The translations under genes and the position numbers were made by a program. This document shows positions 59,884 to 64,000 of a stretch of DNA of 64,000 nucleotides, in pieces. Within the stretch, counting starts at the first letter, position 1. Each line of letters opens with the position of its first letter. Source of the stretch: Balanoglossus misakiensis (taxonomy: Eukaryota; Animalia; Hemichordata); NCBI GenBank assembly GCA_040954595.2, contig CM082591.2:5301009-5365008 (forward strand), read 5' to 3'. The notes under the pieces were generated by a model. It worked only from the letters and a program-made list of their open reading frames with translations, did not search any database and had not been told where the DNA came from.

Positions 59884-61017
59884 ATGATGCTGTCTGGAAA
59901 CCTGCGTAGGCAACGGTACCTCGGCACTCTCCTACCTGTACTTTTGCTGGGCTGTGTAGCGTGCCTCATAGCTGTAAACTACGTCAGTATGCGTCTACCC
60001 AGAGCGCGGCTGATATCAATGAGGAAGGCCCCGTCCCTTCTGACAAGATGGCTGCCAATACGCCACACTATACCGTGGGACAAGATTGAGATTCGGGGAG
60101 AATACGACAAAACCCTGGACTGGACGGTCGTCGTCTTGACCATGAATCGCCCGGAGAGCTTGACGAGGCTGTTGAATTCCTTGCAAGAAGCCGAATACAA
60201 AGGCGACACCGTGCAGCTAGTAGTGTGGATCGATTACTGCCAAGATGAAATGCACGACCAGACGATTCGCGTCGTGGACTCGTTCCATTTCCGACACGGT
60301 CCGAAGCTGATCTATGAGAGGAGGGAGAACGCCGGTCTGGCGAGAGCGTGGTTCGACGCTTGGGTGCCGACCAGGGACGACGAATACGCGGTCATTCTTG
60401 AAGACGACTCGGCAGTCTCGCCGCAGTACTACCGGTGGCTTAAAAAAGCCTGGGCTGCTTATAAACACATACCCGAAATCGGAGGAATCTCACTCAACAA
60501 ACAAACTGTCCGAGCTACCTACGGCGGTCGCAGTCCTATCATCAATGAACACAAGCCGTTCCTGTACAAGTTGGTGGGTACTTTTGCACTGGCACCACAC
60601 CCTGCATACTGGCGATCCTACGTTGACTGGGTCAGGAACAATTACTATAAAATGGAGCCTCTGGTTGAAGGTCTACGAACAACAGACTGGTGGCTGCGGC
60701 TAAACCGAAACGAGAGCATCTGGGAGCAGTGGTTTATCTATTACTGCCACCACCACAACCTGTTCATTCTTTACATCTCTCTGCCGGATAACGGATCCCT
60801 GGTGGTGAATTTTGCCGAGCACGGCGCGCACCACCCCAGCAAGGCGGCCGGCGGAAACATTTCCATCGCGGTAGGCGAATGGAGCGAGTATCTCGACACA
60901 TTTCCTAGAAAGCTGGTTCACTATGATTGGGACACCTCCCCCATGCTCTGTGACCAAAAGACAGACTGTAGATATTGGGAAAATCCGAACGTGACGGCGC
61001 CTAAAGCTGCAAGATGA
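59884..61017 (+). CDS. Intronless type II membrane GT-A fold (GT2-like) glycosyltransferase
   Basis: 377 aa ORF: N-terminal TM anchor, VVVLTMNRPESLTRLLNSL, ENAGLARAW, EYAVILEDD (DxD-like motif), VSPQYYRWL. Confidence 0.8.
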   Translation: MMLSGNLRRQRYLGTLLPVLLLGCVACLIAVNYVSMRLPRARLISMRKAPSLLTRWLPIRHTIPWDKIEIRGEYDKTLDWTVVVLTMNRPESLTRLLNSLQEAEYKGDTVQLVVWIDYCQDEMHDQTIRVVDSFHFRHGPKLIYERRENAGLARAWFDAWVPTRDDEYAVILEDDSAVSPQYYRWLKKAWAAYKHIPEIGGISLNKQTVRATYGGRSPIINEHKPFLYKLVGTFALAPHPAYWRSYVDWVRNNYYKMEPLVEGLRTTDWWLRLNRNESIWEQWFIYYCHHHNLFILYISLPDNGSLVVNFAEHGAHHPSKAAGGNISIAVGEWSEYLDTFPRKLVHYDWDTSPMLCDQKTDCRYWENPNVTAPKAAR

Positions 61018-61148
61018 GCGGTAGCGTTATAACAGTCACATACCCACCAACCAATGGTTGTAACACAACTATCAAAGGGAATCAGTAGCCGCGTACAAAG
61101 AACAATTCTGCTGACTGGGTTTAGATGGATTGGAAAATCGGGAACAGT

Positions 61149-61504
61149 TTAAAGGGACAAAGTCTCTCTCTCGCTACCCCTTTTCCATTAATTTGGTTTG
61201 ATACAAGACACAGGCTTATGTTAATGTACATGTGGATATATAGAGAATCAACATTCAACGACACACAACTTCCATCCCGTTTGTATGATATGAGAGTAAA
61301 AACTCGCCAAAATAAATAATAGGTGTTTACCATTTATTCATTTTGGCGAAATTTTCACTCTCATATCCTACAAACGGGATGGAAGTTGTGTGTGGTCGAA
61401 CATTGGTTCACTATATATCCACATGTAGAATAACATAAACGATGTCTTGCATCAAACATAATTAATGGAAATAGGGCAGCGAGAGAGAGACTTTGTCCCT
61501 TTAA
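61149..61504. mobile_element. Foldback MITE (Kolobok-like, TTAA-flanked)
   Basis: ttaaagggacaaagtctctctctcgct...agcgagagagagactttgtccctttaa; the two arms are imperfectly complementary over almost the whole ~355 bp. Confidence 0.88.
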
Positions 61505-61709
61505 TGGGGGTATTTAATGGAAAATTTAGGGTTTTTTTAACATCATTTTTTCAAAGGTGACGATAACATTTAACAAGATGGTAGCAATGGACACTTTGAA
61601 CTCAACATCTATTACGATGTAGCGCAATCTCTCCATATATAGACATCCTTGCCGCTCATAATTTATTAATAATAACAATGCGAAACGGTTTAATGTATAT
61701 TATCAAATT

Positions 61710-62045
61710 CCCTTTTATTAAAAAGAAAAAGAAAAAAAGCAGGCAAATCTCCTTTATAGAAAATTTAATCTGCTCACTTAAACACAAAGTGTTATTACTT
61801 GATAGTAACAGCGGTTACGTGTTTTATTGTGTAGCCTCAGATGTTTCCATTTGGACATAAAATAAACCTTCAATGACGATAAAGGAATTTAATCCATTTT
61901 TGTATCATCTTGTGCAATGTGTTCCTGAGAAACGCTGCCAGGTCATGAAGCATTGTGTATTGCTTTTTTTTTCTTTTTTGTTTGATTCTCCCTCCATGAC
62001 AGATTGCCCGGTTCCTTTTTATAACCTCTTGTTAAATTTGGGTAT
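61710..62045 (+). repeat. Diverged direct repeat, right copy
   Basis: Homologous to ~59060-59395. Confidence 0.75.
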
Positions 62046-64000
62046 GATAAATTCATAAGTTGGTCGAATGGAAAACGACGTTAATGTGCTCGACTTCAGA
62101 TGTAATACACGCCCTCAGTGGCTTGGCCAGTGAATTTTGGCTCACCCTCATGGCCAATAGAGTACCTGTCACTTCAATTCTTTTCACAAAAGAATTTATC
62201 TGTACTAATCTGTGTATCATATTGACACATGACACATGACCCTATTTTGCATAACAAAGGTTGTGTAACTTTGCTCAATGAATTTGGTTGAATCGTCTCT
62301 ACCGCATCACTGACGTGTACTGAAGTGAAAATATCACAATCGAAACTTTAATTGTCGTCAGAGTTGAGGAAACATGCAATAATAAGAGAACTTCATGACC
62401 TCTGCCGCAGAATACACCGCATCACTCGTGAAAATAACTTCAGTACGGCAGAGATCGCAAGCAGATATCTTGGAGTTCAGTAATATGTCTAGTCGTCTTG
62501 CGTTAACTTTGTAGGATACATGGGATATATGCTATTGGAGTTCTGAAGAAAAACAAATAAAATGAAAATATTTGGATATGTCTTTAATCCTCCATTTGAG
62601 TTCATTTAATGATAATCGCATGATGTCAAATGTGATTGTACACTAACAATGAATGCGTGTATGTCAATCATATTCTTTTTTCGTGTGAATCACACAGATG
62701 TATGGGAAGATTGTTTATCTGAAATGATTACGGAAATTATGCCGTGCTCTAACATAAACAAGAAAGGGGTTATCTATACTTGAGATAGCAACTAACCTAT
62801 CGTTTTACCAAACTATAAAATCGGTTACCAATCTGATAAGCTTGCGAAAACTGCATGTTCGAAAGACAGACAAGACAAGCGCCAAACAACTAACGAATGT
62901 AGTCTGACAAAATAAACATTCAGACGCCTTTCATAACAACATAGCTTGTCGCCAGTGTTCAAAATAGTTCCATGAAAGGTTTTTACATATACCTTATTGA
63001 ACGATAATCTACAAGGAATCAATAAAATACACATTCTATAATATTTTGGCATGTCAATATTACGTATTCATTTGTCGTTTTGAAATGGTCAATCGCGTAG
63101 CATAGAACCGTATTCCTCCCGCTCTTGCGGATTGATATGCATGATGTCATTTGTTTACATTCTGTTGCGGGTGAGATATAGACGCGCTCGAACTCTGACA
63201 CATCCGAGCGAGCGAGATATTAGTTTGTCCTGGCAATCATCGACACCGACAGTCACATAATAATCAGATCAAATCATGTGGCTGGAGACGATTGCGAGCA
63301 AGCTGCAGCTGCTACTTAGCATGCTTAGTAGGCTCATGGAGCTTCCGCAGAGGGGGAGGGGGTCGGCCGAGTGTCATGTTTTCGGTAGTGCTTTTGAATC
63401 TCGCTCAATAAAAAAGTAGTTCCGGATATTGAACGCGTCTTCCAAATATGGTCACCGGCCGCGGGGTGTGATACGTGAGACAAACTGCGCGGATGTAAGG
63501 GCGCTTTTCCCCATTAGACTTACATGGGCTCGTGAATCTAGATATATGATAATTTTACTTTCGATATGAATTAAATTCCTTATTTCCTTCAAAAGAAATT
63601 TGTAAATTAACAAGCAAAATATAACATAGTTCATTATGAAAGTGAAACAAGAACACTTGGTAATCTGTTAATAACACCATTCAGACGGGAGCTTCACTGT
63701 TTGCCTATCCATGCCAGAATTAATGACAAATGTTTTCTTTTTCATATAAAGTTTTGCCCAATCGAGAACCTGCCCATTTTAGAGCCAGCGAATGGAGCCA
63801 GCGAACTGGGAGCGGAAACAAATGGGTTATCGTTCTTTCTCTAATGCTTCCCCCACTGTATGGATGCCTTATCAAAAGAAATTAGATTGTCACCATCTGT
63901 TCATCTTCTAAAACAAGACACGCCATTTTAGAAACAACGTCACGGTGATTCAGCGATCTGATGTTTACCGTGCTGTCTTTGTATTGCATTGTTACTGTCT

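Noticed and set aside
1-64000. CRISPR arrays, operons, prokaryotic defence systems, tRNA/rRNA genes
   Set aside because: The sequence is spliceosomal-intron-containing animal DNA; no repeat-spacer array or structured RNA gene was recognised
63150-64000. GC-richer promoter-like segment with a CGCCATTTT (YY1-like) site near 63920
   Set aside because: Possibly the 5' end of a neighbouring gene, but no coding exon could be supported within the window

Overview
AT-rich eukaryotic (metazoan, probably marine invertebrate deuterostome; taxon inferred, not verified) genomic DNA that reads as an innate-immune/recognition receptor complex. (1) 1-23.6 kb: tandem array of five single-coding-exon LRRNT-LRRn-LRRCT-Ig-stalk-TM receptors on the minus strand, in order A1-A2-B1-A3-B2, produced by recent segmental duplication. 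The three A copies differ heavily at the solvent-exposed xxLxLxx positions of nearly every LRR (VLR-like), look mosaic, and end in an ITAM-like YASL-x9-YESL. The two B copies are about 97% identical and lack that motif. (2) 23.5-58.8 kb: four spliced paralogues of an SRCR-WSC-CUB-(CCP)n-TM receptor family with 1-4 CCP domains and very different cytoplasmic tails (about 860 aa rich in DNxxY/ITIM-like motifs; about 270 aa with ITAM plus ITIM; about 26 aa; about 140 aa). One paralogue lacks its 5' half. (3) A 17-exon arylsulfatase B/I/J-like gene on the minus strand, largely invisible in the ORF track, with an intact CTPSR motif but altered metal-binding and catalytic residues. (4) An intronless GT-A glycosyltransferase flanked by diverged direct repeats. 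Also several MITEs and a perfect ~1.77 kb (TATG)n array. Exon structures were read by eye from splice sites and reading phase; boundaries may be off by a few bases.
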